A stretch of 64,000 nucleotides of DNA from positions 129,939 through 193,938 of the forward strand of contig JAJQAG010000004.1 of NCBI GenBank assembly GCA_021203905.1. The letters run 5' to 3'. Under the pieces are notes generated by a model. That model ran no database searches, had not been told where the DNA came from, and saw only the letters and a list, made by a program, of their open reading frames with translations. This DNA is from Coprobacillus sp. (GTDB lineage: Bacteria; Bacillota_I; Bacilli_A; RFN20; CAG-826). Shown here one piece after another: positions 1 through 8,196 of this stretch (position 1 is the first letter of the stretch; each line of letters opens with the position of its first letter). Position numbers and translations under genes: made by a program.

Positions 1-27
1 CTTCTCTTTTTACAGACACTATCTAAT

Positions 28-50
28 AAAATACTATAAAATAGTATTCT
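28..50. terminator. candidate hairpin downstream of ruvB
   Basis: Inverted repeat AATACTAT-AAA-ATAGTATT (30-48) with A/T-rich flanks, about 80 nt past the ruvB stop. The stem is weak and entirely AT. Confidence 0.3.
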
Positions 51-131
51 TTTCAATAAAAATATATCTTTTAATTTTATCAAATTAAAGGGTATATTCA
101 GGGTTTTTTCATAGATTTTTAATACATAGTA

Positions 132-1136
132 TTAAATAAGTGTTTGTTGATAAGGAAGGGAGAGATGATGATACGCTTTGATGGTGGCCACTCTTCCCTT
201 CTGGGTTCTATCGATAAATCCTATCTGAATAAGATAGGGTTCATAGACGTCTTCTAGGTTATTAACTTCCTCTCCAATAGCATTAGCGAGTGCTTCCACT
301 CCGACAGGCCCACCTTTAAATCTTTCAATAAGAGTTTTAAGGTAGCGGACATCAACATCATCGAGTCCGATAGCGTCAACCTTAAGAGCCTCAAGAGCTT
401 TTAAAGCATCTTCTTTAGTGATGTGATCTTTTCCTTCGTAGTTAGCAAAATCCCTCACTCTCTTATAAAGACGATTGGCAATTCTTGGAGTTCCACGACT
501 TCGAAGGGCAATCTCGTGGGCGGCATCTTTATCAATACTACATTTAAGAACTTTAGCGGTTCTATTGACAATCTGTTCCATCTCTTCAATGGTGTAAAAA
601 TTAAGTCTCTCCGTAAAACCAAATCTTGTTCTTAAAGGTAAGGAGAGATCACCCGCTCTGGTGGTAGCCCCGATTAAAGTAAAGGGTGGAAGATCGATAT
701 TAATCTCTCTTCCTCCAGAATCTTTTTGGACAACCACTGTGAGTTTAAAATCTTCCATAGCTTCATATAAGACTTCCTCACAAACTCTAGGAAGGCGATG
801 AATTTCATCGATAAATAAAACATCTCCAGGTTCTAAAGAAGTTAAAATTGCCGCTAAATCTCCAGTTTTTTCAATACTTGGACCACTCACAGCGTGGATT
901 TTCGCGTGCATTTCATTGGCAATGACATACGCAAGAGTTGTTTTTCCAAGTCCGGGAGGTCCATAAAAAAGAATGTGATCAAGAGCCTCTTCTCTATGAA
1001 GGGCGGCTCCAATAAAAACCTTAAGGTTCTTCTTGAGAGCATCTTGACCCACATAGTCATCGAGACTTAAAGGACGAAGAGTAACCTCTTCTTCTTTTTC
1101 ACTTTCATTGACATTGGCGTCAAGTAATCTCGACAT
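132..1136 (-). CDS. ruvB: Holliday junction branch migration helicase RuvB
   Basis: 334-aa ORF with AAA+ Walker [10 protein letters not shown] and Walker B FIDEIH, RuvB-like over its full length. It starts 1 nt after the ruvA stop. Confidence 0.97.
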   Translation of the reverse strand: MSRLLDANVNESEKEEEVTLRPLSLDDYVGQDALKKNLKVFIGAALHREEALDHILFYGPPGLGKTTLAYVIANEMHAKIHAVSGPSIEKTGDLAAILTSLEPGDVLFIDEIHRLPRVCEEVLYEAMEDFKLTVVVQKDSGGREINIDLPPFTLIGATTRAGDLSLPLRTRFGFTERLNFYTIEEMEQIVNRTAKVLKCSIDKDAAHEIALRSRGTPRIANRLYKRVRDFANYEGKDHITKEDALKALEALKVDAIGLDDVDVRYLKTLIERFKGGPVGVEALANAIGEEVNNLEDVYEPYLIQIGFIDRTQKGRVATIKAYHHLSLPYQQTLI

Positions 1137-1137
1137 T

Positions 1138-1689
1138 TTACTTCCTCAATTTCGCTAAAGCGGCTTTTAAGATTTCTTCGGTTGTTCCATTAGGAATATT
1201 AATGGTGGCGAGGGTTCGATCAATCGCCGCTCCCTTAAAGCCTAAACCTTTTAAAGCCTCATAGACTTCATCATAGACACTAGGATCACCTTTAGTTCCT
1301 GTTATCTCTCCCTTTAAGTCGAGAATAATTTGACTCGCGGCTTTAGAACCAATCCCAGGAAGTTTCTTTAAAAAGGCCACATTATTGGCACTGATCGCAT
1401 CCATCACCGCTTCTGGAGTGGTGCTACTGAGAGCACTAATCACAGTCTTTGGACCCAAGCCTTTAACTTTGATAAGAGAGAGAAAGACACTCTTTTCACT
1501 TTCACTTGAGAATCCGACTAGGTATTCTTCATCTTCTTTCACGACATCATAAGTATAGATTTTGACTTCTTCCCCAATGTGATATTCATCAAGGTGAGAA
1601 ACATAAATAGAATAAGCGACATCATGAACATCGAGGATGACTTGATCCCCATCTTTTTCTGCGACAATTCCTTTTAAGTAGTAAATCAT
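1138..1689 (-). CDS. ruvA: Holliday junction DNA-binding protein RuvA
   Basis: I trimmed the track ORF (1138..1782) to the ATG at 1689 (MIYYLKGIV...), which is preceded by AAGGAG. It has a helix-hairpin-helix LPGIGSKAA and typical RuvA length. Confidence 0.93.
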   Translation of the reverse strand: MIYYLKGIVAEKDGDQVILDVHDVAYSIYVSHLDEYHIGEEVKIYTYDVVKEDEEYLVGFSSESEKSVFLSLIKVKGLGPKTVISALSSTTPEAVMDAISANNVAFLKKLPGIGSKAASQIILDLKGEITGTKGDPSVYDEVYEALKGLGFKGAAIDRTLATINIPNGTTEEILKAALAKLRK

Positions 1690-1702
1690 TTCTTCTTTCT
1701 CC

Positions 1703-1798
1703 TTAAAACACGAGTACAAAGATAATAATAAGAATGAGGATGACGATGGCGGCCACGAGTCCGGCGACAAGAGCGATATCAAATTTATTCTTATCCAT
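1703..1798 (-). CDS. candidate 31-aa single-pass membrane micro-protein (MDKNKFDIALVAGLVAAIVILILIIIFVLVF)
   Basis: This ORF is my own translation and is too short for the ORF track. Its ATG overlaps the obg stop as TAATG, the same coupling used at 7 genuine gene junctions here. A charged N-terminus is followed by a 24-residue hydrophobic helix. Confidence 0.45.
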   Translation of the reverse strand: MDKNKFDIALVAGLVAAIVILILIIIFVLVF

Positions 1799-3078
1799 TA
1801 TTCAACATATTCGAAGATGAAGTCATCGAGTTGGACTGTATCTCCATCTTTCGCTCCCATTCTTTCTAATTCATCATCCACTCCCACTCTTCTTAAATGG
1901 GAGATGAGTTTGAGCATTCCCTCATCAGTGGAAATGTTACACATTTGATAGTACTTCTCTATTCTATCACCACTGATGACGAAATAATCAGATTTTACTT
2001 TTGTAATTTCAAATTCTTTCTCTTCTTCGCCGAGAGTATAGACCTTGATGGTCTCTTCCTCTTCATCTTCTGTATAAAGAGGGAACATCGGAGTGGTCTT
2101 TAAGGTTTCAAAGCATTTATCGATGAGTTTATCCACTCCCCAGCCTCCTAAAGCGGAGATTTCAATTATCTCTTTTTTCACTTTCTTTCTTAAGGAAGCG
2201 AGTCTCTCTTTACTTCCTTCTTCATCCATCTTTGTGGCGACAAGGATCATCGGTCTCTTAAGAAGACCAAACCCATATTCTTTGAGTTCTTTATTAATGG
2301 TTTTATAGTCTTCATAAGGATCTCTCCCCGTATCAGACATATCAATAAGATGGACAATGACACGACATCTTTGAATATGACGGAGAAATTGTAAGCCTAA
2401 ACCTTTACCAAGATGGGCTCCCGCGATTAAACCAGGAAGATCTGCAGCCACAAAGGAATCATTACCATGTACCACTACTCCTAGGTTAGGCACTAAAGTG
2501 GTAAAAGGATAATCCGCAATCTCGGGTCTGGCGGCGCTTATGACACTAAGAAGAGTGCTTTTCCCAACACTTGGAAGACCCACAAAACCAACATCCGCAA
2601 GAAGTTTTAATTCAAGAACTAAACGTTTTGTTTCTCCAGGCGCTCCATTCTCCGCGACTTTTGGCGCTTTATTGACAGAGGACTTAAAGCAAGTGTTACC
2701 TCTTCCACCACGTCCTCCTTTCGCCACACAGATCATCTTCCCATCTTCGTTTAAATCTCCAAGGAATTCATTATCCTCTTCTAGGTAAACGACTGTCCCA
2801 ATAGGAACATCGACGATGACATCTTTTGCCGCTTTTCCGTAGCGGTTTTCTGGACCTCCATTTTCCCCATCCTCTCCAATAAAGGTTTTAGAATGACGAA
2901 AATTATATAGGGTATTTATTGTTTTGTTTGCTCTGAAATAGATGGATGCGCCACGACCGCCATTTCCTCCACTTGGACCTCCATGAGAGACATATTTCTC
3001 TCGATGGAAGGCAATCATCCCATCTCCACCTTTTCCGCTTCTAACTTCAACTATGGCACGATCGACAAATAATGACAT
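1798..3078 (-). CDS. obg: GTPase Obg/CgtA
   Basis: 426 aa with a Gly-rich Obg fold at the N-terminus, G1 motif GLPSVGKST, DxxG, and a C-terminal OCT-type extension. It keeps the rplU-prp-rpmA-obg synteny. Confidence 0.97.
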   Translation of the reverse strand: MSLFVDRAIVEVRSGKGGDGMIAFHREKYVSHGGPSGGNGGRGASIYFRANKTINTLYNFRHSKTFIGEDGENGGPENRYGKAAKDVIVDVPIGTVVYLEEDNEFLGDLNEDGKMICVAKGGRGGRGNTCFKSSVNKAPKVAENGAPGETKRLVLELKLLADVGFVGLPSVGKSTLLSVISAARPEIADYPFTTLVPNLGVVVHGNDSFVAADLPGLIAGAHLGKGLGLQFLRHIQRCRVIVHLIDMSDTGRDPYEDYKTINKELKEYGFGLLKRPMILVATKMDEEGSKERLASLRKKVKKEIIEISALGGWGVDKLIDKCFETLKTTPMFPLYTEDEEEETIKVYTLGEEEKEFEITKVKSDYFVISGDRIEKYYQMCNISTDEGMLKLISHLRRVGVDDELERMGAKDGDTVQLDDFIFEYVE

Positions 3079-3084
3079 AAGGTT

Positions 3085-3113
3085 ATTATACCCATTTTTA
3101 TTCGTATAAACAA
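3085..3113 (-). promoter_or_regulatory. obg promoter, leaderless-type
   Basis: On the minus strand: TTGTTT (3113-3108), 17-nt spacer, TATAAT (3090-3085), then AACCTT and the ATG at 3078. No SD lies between the -10 and the start. Confidence 0.5.
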
Positions 3114-3179
3114 AGTTTATTTACGAATAAGTAAACCTGTTTTATCATTAAATCTATAAAGGAAGTTTGTGTTTAAGGA

Positions 3180-3464
3180 TTAGTCTGCGACCACACAGAC
3201 ACATTTCTTTCTTCTTCCCATTCTCTGGTAGTGAACAGTGCCATTAACTAGAGCGAAGATGGTGTCATCTCCACCTTTCTTGGTATTGGTCCCTGGATAA
3301 ATCTTTGTTCCTCTTTGACGGTAAATAATTGATCCAGCATGGCACCATTGCCCATCGGCGACTTTAGCACCTAAACGACGGCCCGCGCTATCACGGCCGT
3401 TCTTGGTACTCGAGGCACCTTTATGGGATGCGAATAATTGTATATCTAATTTAAACATCATCAT
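3180..3464 (-). CDS. rpmA: 50S ribosomal protein L27 with cleavable N-terminal extension
   Basis: [14 protein letters not shown]... is the L27 core. The N-terminal FKLDIQLFA|SHKG matches the Firmicute pro-sequence removed by Prp. Three consecutive ATGs leave the exact start uncertain by 2 codons. Confidence 0.96.
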   Translation of the reverse strand: MMMFKLDIQLFASHKGASSTKNGRDSAGRRLGAKVADGQWCHAGSIIYRQRGTKIYPGTNTKKGGDDTIFALVNGTVHYQRMGRRKKCVCVVAD

Positions 3465-3480
3465 CGGTTACCACCTTTCT

Positions 3481-3804
3481 TTAATCTATGGTCACCACTT
3501 CACTGACGGAGACATATTGGGGATAACTTTCTTTAATTGTCTTTAGAGAAGTTAACATTGTCTCGATGACCACTTTGTCATGCTCGCTTGGTTCTTCTTT
3601 GGCCACCAAGCTCGCATATCCACTTTCGAGTTGGAGAGAGAATTTATTGCTGTCTTGGAGAGAATTGAATCCTCCAGTGACGATACTTGAGACAGCGGCA
3701 CATATGAGATCTTCACCTTTTTCAGCGCTTCCACTATGACCAGTGACGAGAAGTGTTACCGGAGTGGTGCTATGATTTGAATAGGTGTAGACAACTTTAA
3801 TCAT
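3481..3804 (-). CDS. prp: ribosomal-processing cysteine protease Prp
   Basis: 107 aa lying between rplU and rpmA. It has the GHSG and ICAAVS (His/Cys dyad) motifs typical of the YsxB/Prp family. Confidence 0.9.
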   Translation of the reverse strand: MIKVVYTYSNHSTTPVTLLVTGHSGSAEKGEDLICAAVSSIVTGGFNSLQDSNKFSLQLESGYASLVAKEEPSEHDKVVIETMLTSLKTIKESYPQYVSVSEVVTID

Positions 3805-4115
3805 TTGGTGTTGATACTTTCAATGACTAAGCATGTGTAGGGCTGACGATGGCCCATGGTTTTTCTCTCATTGGTTTTTGCTCGATAATGGAAAACGCGA
3901 ATTTTTCTTTCTTTGCCCTGTTTTTCCACTGTAGCGGTGACACTAGCGCCACTCACATAGGGTTTCCCAACAGAGTTTTTCTTACCGTCAGAGATGAATA
4001 GCACTTTATCGAGAGTGACACTTGAACCCTCTTCAGCGGGAAGTTTTTCAACATAGACATGTTGACCAACCTCGACACGGACTTGCTTTCCACCCGTTTC
4101 AATGATTGCGTACAT
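3801..4115 (-). CDS. rplU: 50S ribosomal protein L21
   Basis: 104 aa beginning [11 protein letters not shown]..., the canonical L21 N-terminus. It overlaps the prp start by 4 nt. Confidence 0.97.
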   Translation of the reverse strand: MYAIIETGGKQVRVEVGQHVYVEKLPAEEGSSVTLDKVLFISDGKKNSVGKPYVSGASVTATVEKQGKERKIRVFHYRAKTNERKTMGHRQPYTCLVIESINTK

Positions 4116-4259
4116 TACTTGGCCTCCTTATTTTAAATTCACTAAGGACTCGCTATGAAGGTCGAGAAGAATCTCAGTTAGTAAACCTTTTCTAGGCGGT
4201 TGTAGCTAGTGAGGCTAAACAACGCTTGATACTATAACATAGTTATAATATGCCCGCAA
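4116..4259 (-). promoter_or_regulatory. rplU operon promoter plus about 110-nt structured leader (L21-leader-like)
   Basis: On the minus strand: TTGCGG (4259-4254), 17 nt, TATAGT (4236-4231). The untranslated leader contains complementary segments (ACTAAC.../...CTTAGT, CTCG...CGAG). Firmicutes are known to have an L21 leader at this position. I did not verify the structure. Confidence 0.45.
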
Positions 4260-4276
4260 GAAGTTTTTTAAGAGGG

Positions 4277-4972
4277 TTAGAGTTTTTTATAGATGATGTC
4301 TTTATTATCCGCAAACGAATAATAACCTTGACCAGAGATGATAATGTGATCGAGAAATTCAATTCCGACTTTTGCACTATCCTCTAAAAGAAGGAAGGTG
4401 AAATTGATATCATAGTCACTCGGTGTGACCACCTTTTGACCAGAGGGGTGATTATGAATAATGTAATACTTTTTCCCTCCTCTCTTTAGTATTTCCCCTA
4501 AAATTTCATTTTCATTCACCGACATATCACTACTGGTTCCTTGGTAGAGATCGCTCTCATGAATGATCCTTCCACTTTTAGAGATGGAGACGACGATAAG
4601 GTGTTCTTGTCCTTCGTCTCGAAATAGGCTTTGGTATTTGTTAATGAGGTATTCTTTGATATCCCCAATCGAGGCACACTCTTGAATCTGATAGTTGTAT
4701 CTTTTAGCGATTTCTATGACCGCGGCAATCTTGGTGGCATTGATCTTATTAATCCCTTCATGGGCCACTAAATCATCCATGGTCATTTCTCCTACTTTTA
4801 CTAGTCCTCCTTCCATTAAAATAGATTGACTTATCTCAATCGCGGACATCTTCTTAGTTCCACTAGAGATAATCAGAGCGACGAGTTCTGTATCAGAGAG
4901 GGCGCTAATCCCATAACGCATGGCTTTTTCTCTCGGTCTGAGTAAAGGTGGGATGTTTTTTATCTTTCCCAT
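4277..4972 (-). CDS. radC: RadC-like JAB-domain protein
   Basis: N-terminal LRPREKAMRYGISALSDTELVALI and a C-terminal JAMM-like HNHPSG motif. I chose the start at ATG 4972, which overlaps the upstream stop as TAATG; the track start at 4993 is also possible. Confidence 0.9.
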   Translation of the reverse strand: MGKIKNIPPLLRPREKAMRYGISALSDTELVALIISSGTKKMSAIEISQSILMEGGLVKVGEMTMDDLVAHEGINKINATKIAAVIEIAKRYNYQIQECASIGDIKEYLINKYQSLFRDEGQEHLIVVSISKSGRIIHESDLYQGTSSDMSVNENEILGEILKRGGKKYYIIHNHPSGQKVVTPSDYDINFTFLLLEDSAKVGIEFLDHIIISGQGYYSFADNKDIIYKKL

Positions 4973-5154
4973 TAAGCCCACTGAAATTCCCATCCACCAG
5001 GGATGGTGACCTCTCCACTGTTACTGGTGGCAATACGACAGACAAGAGCGGCAACTACCGCTGCGGCAAGGATTGCCATTACTGCGGTAAGAGTTATGGC
5101 TTCACCAACGACCTCTTGACGCATCTCGTCATCATTCATTTTTGTTAGTGTCAT
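4972..5154 (-). CDS. small membrane protein, 60 aa, unknown function
   Basis: A strong AAGGAGG lies 7 nt upstream of the ATG. It has one hydrophobic helix (AITLTAVMAILAAAVVAALV) and is translationally coupled to radC (TAATG). I recognised no family. Confidence 0.6.
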   Translation of the reverse strand: MTLTKMNDDEMRQEVVGEAITLTAVMAILAAAVVAALVCRIATSNSGEVTIPGGWEFQWA

Positions 5155-5161
5155 TCTTTTT

Positions 5162-5186
5162 CCTCCTTTGTCTATATATTCATTAG
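5162..5186 (-). repeat. copy 1 of a shared 5' element (CTAATGAATATATAGACAAAGGAGG on the minus strand)
   Basis: Near-identical (one extra T) to 21092-21115. Both copies sit immediately upstream of minus-strand ORFs of unknown function. Confidence 0.7.
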
Positions 5187-5231
5187 TAAGAGATTTCTCT
5201 CTTTTGGGAGAAAAATGTTAAAGAAAAGACA

Positions 5232-5258
5232 CAAAAGAAAAAATCACCGAAGTGATTC
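5232..5258 (-). terminator. valS terminator
   Basis: On the minus strand: AATCAC-TTCG-GTGATT hairpin followed by TTTTTCTTTTG. Confidence 0.8.
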
Positions 5259-5285
5259 TCTCTTTTATATACAAAGTATATAAAC

Positions 5286-7865
5286 TTACTTTAACTTAGA
5301 GAGCAAGGCCTTGAGATTCTCTTCGTGTTTCTTCTTCTTCGCTTGCTCAAGCTCGACCTTTTCTTTTGGGGCTTTAGAGACAAAACTTGGATTAGAGAGT
5401 AAGCTCTCACATCTATTGATCTCACTCTTAAGATATTCTATCTCTTTTAAGATGGCGTCTTTGTCAGTCTCTTCTTCTACAATTAAGAGATCAAAACTAG
5501 AGAATGTATAGAGAGAACCTTCTTTCTTAGAGATGTTTTTATCATTAATTGTGAGCTCATCTGTAAAGGTAAATCTCTTAAATAAAGGAGTAATATCATA
5601 ACTATATAGACCTTTATAGTTGAGAGAGACGACTAACCCTTGATTGGGAGAGATTTTTCTCTCAATTTTATAGTTTCTCACGACCTTAATAGCACTCACT
5701 AAAGAATCTATGAGTTCATCACTCTCTTTATTAACCCACTTTGCGTGATACTTAGGATAGGTTTCTAAGTTCACACTTTCTCGGTGAGAAGGAAGTGATA
5801 AATAGATCTCTTCACTGATAAAAGGAGTAAAAGGAGAGAGCATTAAAACAATATTCTTAAGGCAATAATAGAGGACTTGATAAGTAACCTCTCTCTCCTC
5901 ACTTTGAAGAGAAACTTTACTCATCTCGATATATGTAGAGCAGAAATCATCGTAGACAAAGTCATAGAGAAGAGAACTCGCTTGATTAAAGTTATAGTGT
6001 TCCATATGGGTGGTGACCTTCTTTGTCACCTCTTCCATCTTATTAATAATCCATTGATTAAGAGGAGATAAGTCTAAACGAGAGAGATTCTTTACTGGTT
6101 TAAAGCCTTCTGGTAAGACACTTAAGACATAGCGTGCGGAATTATAGACCTTATTTAAGTAATTAGAGGCCGCAACGACCTTATTTTCACTATATCTCAT
6201 GTCAAGACCTGCTGCGGTATTCGTGGTAAGGAAATATCGAAGAGCATCCGCACCATATTTATCGATAACCACAAGGGGATCCACTCCATTACCTAAGGTT
6301 TTTGACATCTTTCTTCCTAATTCATCACGACAGAGACCATGAATGATGACATTACGGAAAGGAATCTGGTTATTAAAATGGAGAGATTGGACCATCATAC
6401 GACTGACCCAGAAAAAGATTATGTCATATCCTGTAATAAGAGCGGAGGTTGGGAAATAACGCTGAAATAATGGATCTGTAGTATCAGGCCAGTTTAAAGT
6501 GGCAAAGGGCCAAAGAGCACTTGAGAACCAAGTATCTAAGACATCACTATCTTGTTCGTAGTTATTAATATCTTTTGGGGCCTCTTCACTAACGATGACA
6601 GAGCCATCAATCTTTGAATAATACGCTGGGATACGATGTCCCCACCTAAGTTGACGAGAGATACACCAATCTTCGATATTATCCATCCAGCGGATAAGAG
6701 TATTATTAAATCTTTGTGGGATAAAATTCACTTTCCCTTTACCCTTTTGTGTCTCAATGACTTTTTGGGCAAGAGGTTTCATCTTCACAAACCATTGTTT
6801 GGAAATCATTGGTTCCACAACAGCGCCAGAGCGCTCACTATGTCCCACAGAGTGAGTGATGGTTTCTTCTTTGATAAAATCATCATTATCTATTAGTTCT
6901 TTTAATAAAGCTTCACGACAATCATATCTATCTAGGCCTTGATATTTCCCGCAGTGCTCATTCATCTTCCCATCTAGCGTCATAATCACAGGTTTCTCGA
7001 GATGATATTTCTCCCCAATAAGAAAGTCATTAGGATCATGAGCGGGTGTACATTTCATCACTCCCGTTCCAAAACTAACATCGACATATTCATCACAAAT
7101 TACTTCAATTACTTCTTTATTTGCGGGATTTATCACTTTTTTACCGATATATTTTGTATATCTTTTATCTTTAGGATTCACTACAAGACAGACATCTCCA
7201 AACATGGTCTCGGGTCTTGTTGTGGCCACTGTGAGATATTCATCACTATCCACTAAACGATACTTAAAGTAATACATCTTTCCTAGATCATCGCTATGGA
7301 TAACTTCAACATTACTTAAAGCGGTCATCTGCACTGGATCCCAGTTTATGATCCTCTGTCCTTGATAGATAAGTCCTTCCTTATACATTTGGACAAAGAC
7401 TTTCTTTACCGCTTTTTGCATCCCCTCATCAAGGGTGAATCTTTCCTTAGAATAATCAAGGCTTAATCCAAACTTCTTCCACTGCTCATGAATGCTAGAT
7501 GCATACTCATCTTTCCATTGCCAAGCGTAGGTTAGGAATTCATCACGACTTAAATCATGAGGATTAATCCCACTATTTCTGAGTTTCTCACTGACTTTAG
7601 CTTCAGTAGCAATACCCGCATGATCCATTCCTGGAAGGAATAAGACATCATATCCTTTCATTCTTTTATAGCGGCAGATAATATCTTGTATGGTCGTGTC
7701 CCAAGCATGTCCTAAATGGAGTTTTCCGGTCACATTAGGGGGAGGAATAACGATGGAATATGGTTTCTTAGTGAGATCACCACAAGTAAAATAACCTTTC
7801 TGACACCAGGTTTCATACTTCCCTTCTTCCACTTTTTTTGGATCGTATCTTTTATCCATAACCAC
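5286..7865 (-). CDS. valS: valine--tRNA ligase
   Basis: 859 aa with a class I HIGH-type motif (PNVTGKLHLGHA), KMSKT, and a C-terminal coiled coil. A T-box lies upstream. Confidence 0.98.
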   Translation of the reverse strand: MVMDKRYDPKKVEEGKYETWCQKGYFTCGDLTKKPYSIVIPPPNVTGKLHLGHAWDTTIQDIICRYKRMKGYDVLFLPGMDHAGIATEAKVSEKLRNSGINPHDLSRDEFLTYAWQWKDEYASSIHEQWKKFGLSLDYSKERFTLDEGMQKAVKKVFVQMYKEGLIYQGQRIINWDPVQMTALSNVEVIHSDDLGKMYYFKYRLVDSDEYLTVATTRPETMFGDVCLVVNPKDKRYTKYIGKKVINPANKEVIEVICDEYVDVSFGTGVMKCTPAHDPNDFLIGEKYHLEKPVIMTLDGKMNEHCGKYQGLDRYDCREALLKELIDNDDFIKEETITHSVGHSERSGAVVEPMISKQWFVKMKPLAQKVIETQKGKGKVNFIPQRFNNTLIRWMDNIEDWCISRQLRWGHRIPAYYSKIDGSVIVSEEAPKDINNYEQDSDVLDTWFSSALWPFATLNWPDTTDPLFQRYFPTSALITGYDIIFFWVSRMMVQSLHFNNQIPFRNVIIHGLCRDELGRKMSKTLGNGVDPLVVIDKYGADALRYFLTTNTAAGLDMRYSENKVVAASNYLNKVYNSARYVLSVLPEGFKPVKNLSRLDLSPLNQWIINKMEEVTKKVTTHMEHYNFNQASSLLYDFVYDDFCSTYIEMSKVSLQSEEREVTYQVLYYCLKNIVLMLSPFTPFISEEIYLSLPSHRESVNLETYPKYHAKWVNKESDELIDSLVSAIKVVRNYKIERKISPNQGLVVSLNYKGLYSYDITPLFKRFTFTDELTINDKNISKKEGSLYTFSSFDLLIVEEETDKDAILKEIEYLKSEINRCESLLSNPSFVSKAPKEKVELEQAKKKKHEENLKALLSKLK

Positions 7866-8094
7866 TCCTAGAAGAAATAAAAAACGTCCATCTTAAGGAC
7901 GCTCATCACGCGGTACCACCTTAATTCGCTACACCGTAACGCACTTCATTTATTGTTTTGTTCTCCAAAGCGACCTTCGTTATACTTCTTCACCAGGCTT
8001 CCACCATCCCCAGCTCTCTATACAAGATGGATATAACTACTCCTCTTCTTCACCGAACACTCTTATTATAATAAGAGAACAACCTTAATTCAAT
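7866..8094 (-). promoter_or_regulatory. T-box riboswitch leader of valS with its promoter
   Basis: Promoter is TTGAAT (8094-8089), 17 nt, TATAAT (8071-8066). The conserved T-box AATTAAGGTGGTACCGCG lies at 7927-7910, followed by a terminator hairpin GCGTCC...GGACGT and TTTTTTATTT. The candidate specifier is GTC within GAAGGTCG. Confidence 0.9.
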
Positions 8095-8117
8095 ATCTCA
8101 AATATCAAATACATGAT

Positions 8118-8145
8118 ATTTAAAAGTCCCACAAAGTGGGACTTA
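8118..8145 (-). terminator. terminator of the XRE-family gene
   Basis: On the minus strand: AAGTCCCAC-TTT-GTGGGACTT followed by TTAAAT. Confidence 0.7.
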
Positions 8146-8196
8146 TATTATATATAATGTCGGGAAACACATATATACATTTAATTAAGCTTTAGC

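Noticed and set aside
423-635. Many 60-160-aa ORFs in the track lie antisense to, or out of frame within, long well-supported genes. Examples are 423..635, 1897..2308, 2540..2788, 5311..5511, 6636..7256, 10889..11089, 13261..13594, 15129..15449, 16987..17328, 23708..23971, 28357..28680, 33516..33797, 39566..39922, 41426..41902, 43752..44237, 46582..46941, 57392..57793 and 61091..61315.
   Set aside because: Each is fully embedded in a gene with strong family motifs on the other strand or in another frame. They have low-complexity or Ser/Leu/Phe-rich translations typical of shadow ORFs, and I found no ribosome-binding sites.
1690-1782. N-terminal extensions of track ORFs: ruvA 1690-1782, radC 4973-4993, lspA 22887-22922, ftsZ 28809-28874, ftsL-like 30553-30576, rsmH 31502-31633 and mraZ 31923-31931.
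   Set aside because: The family-typical N-termini begin at internal ATGs that have proper SD sequences or stop/start overlaps. The extensions overlap upstream genes or regulatory repeats and have atypical composition.
3101-3130. 14-bp imperfect hairpin ATTCGTATAAAC-AAA-GTTTATTTACGAAT between rpmA and obg, considered as the rpmA terminator.
   Set aside because: On the transcribed (minus) strand it is followed by AAAAATGGG, not a U-tract, and it overlaps the obg -35. It may be an operator or coincidental AT-rich symmetry. The evidence is insufficient.
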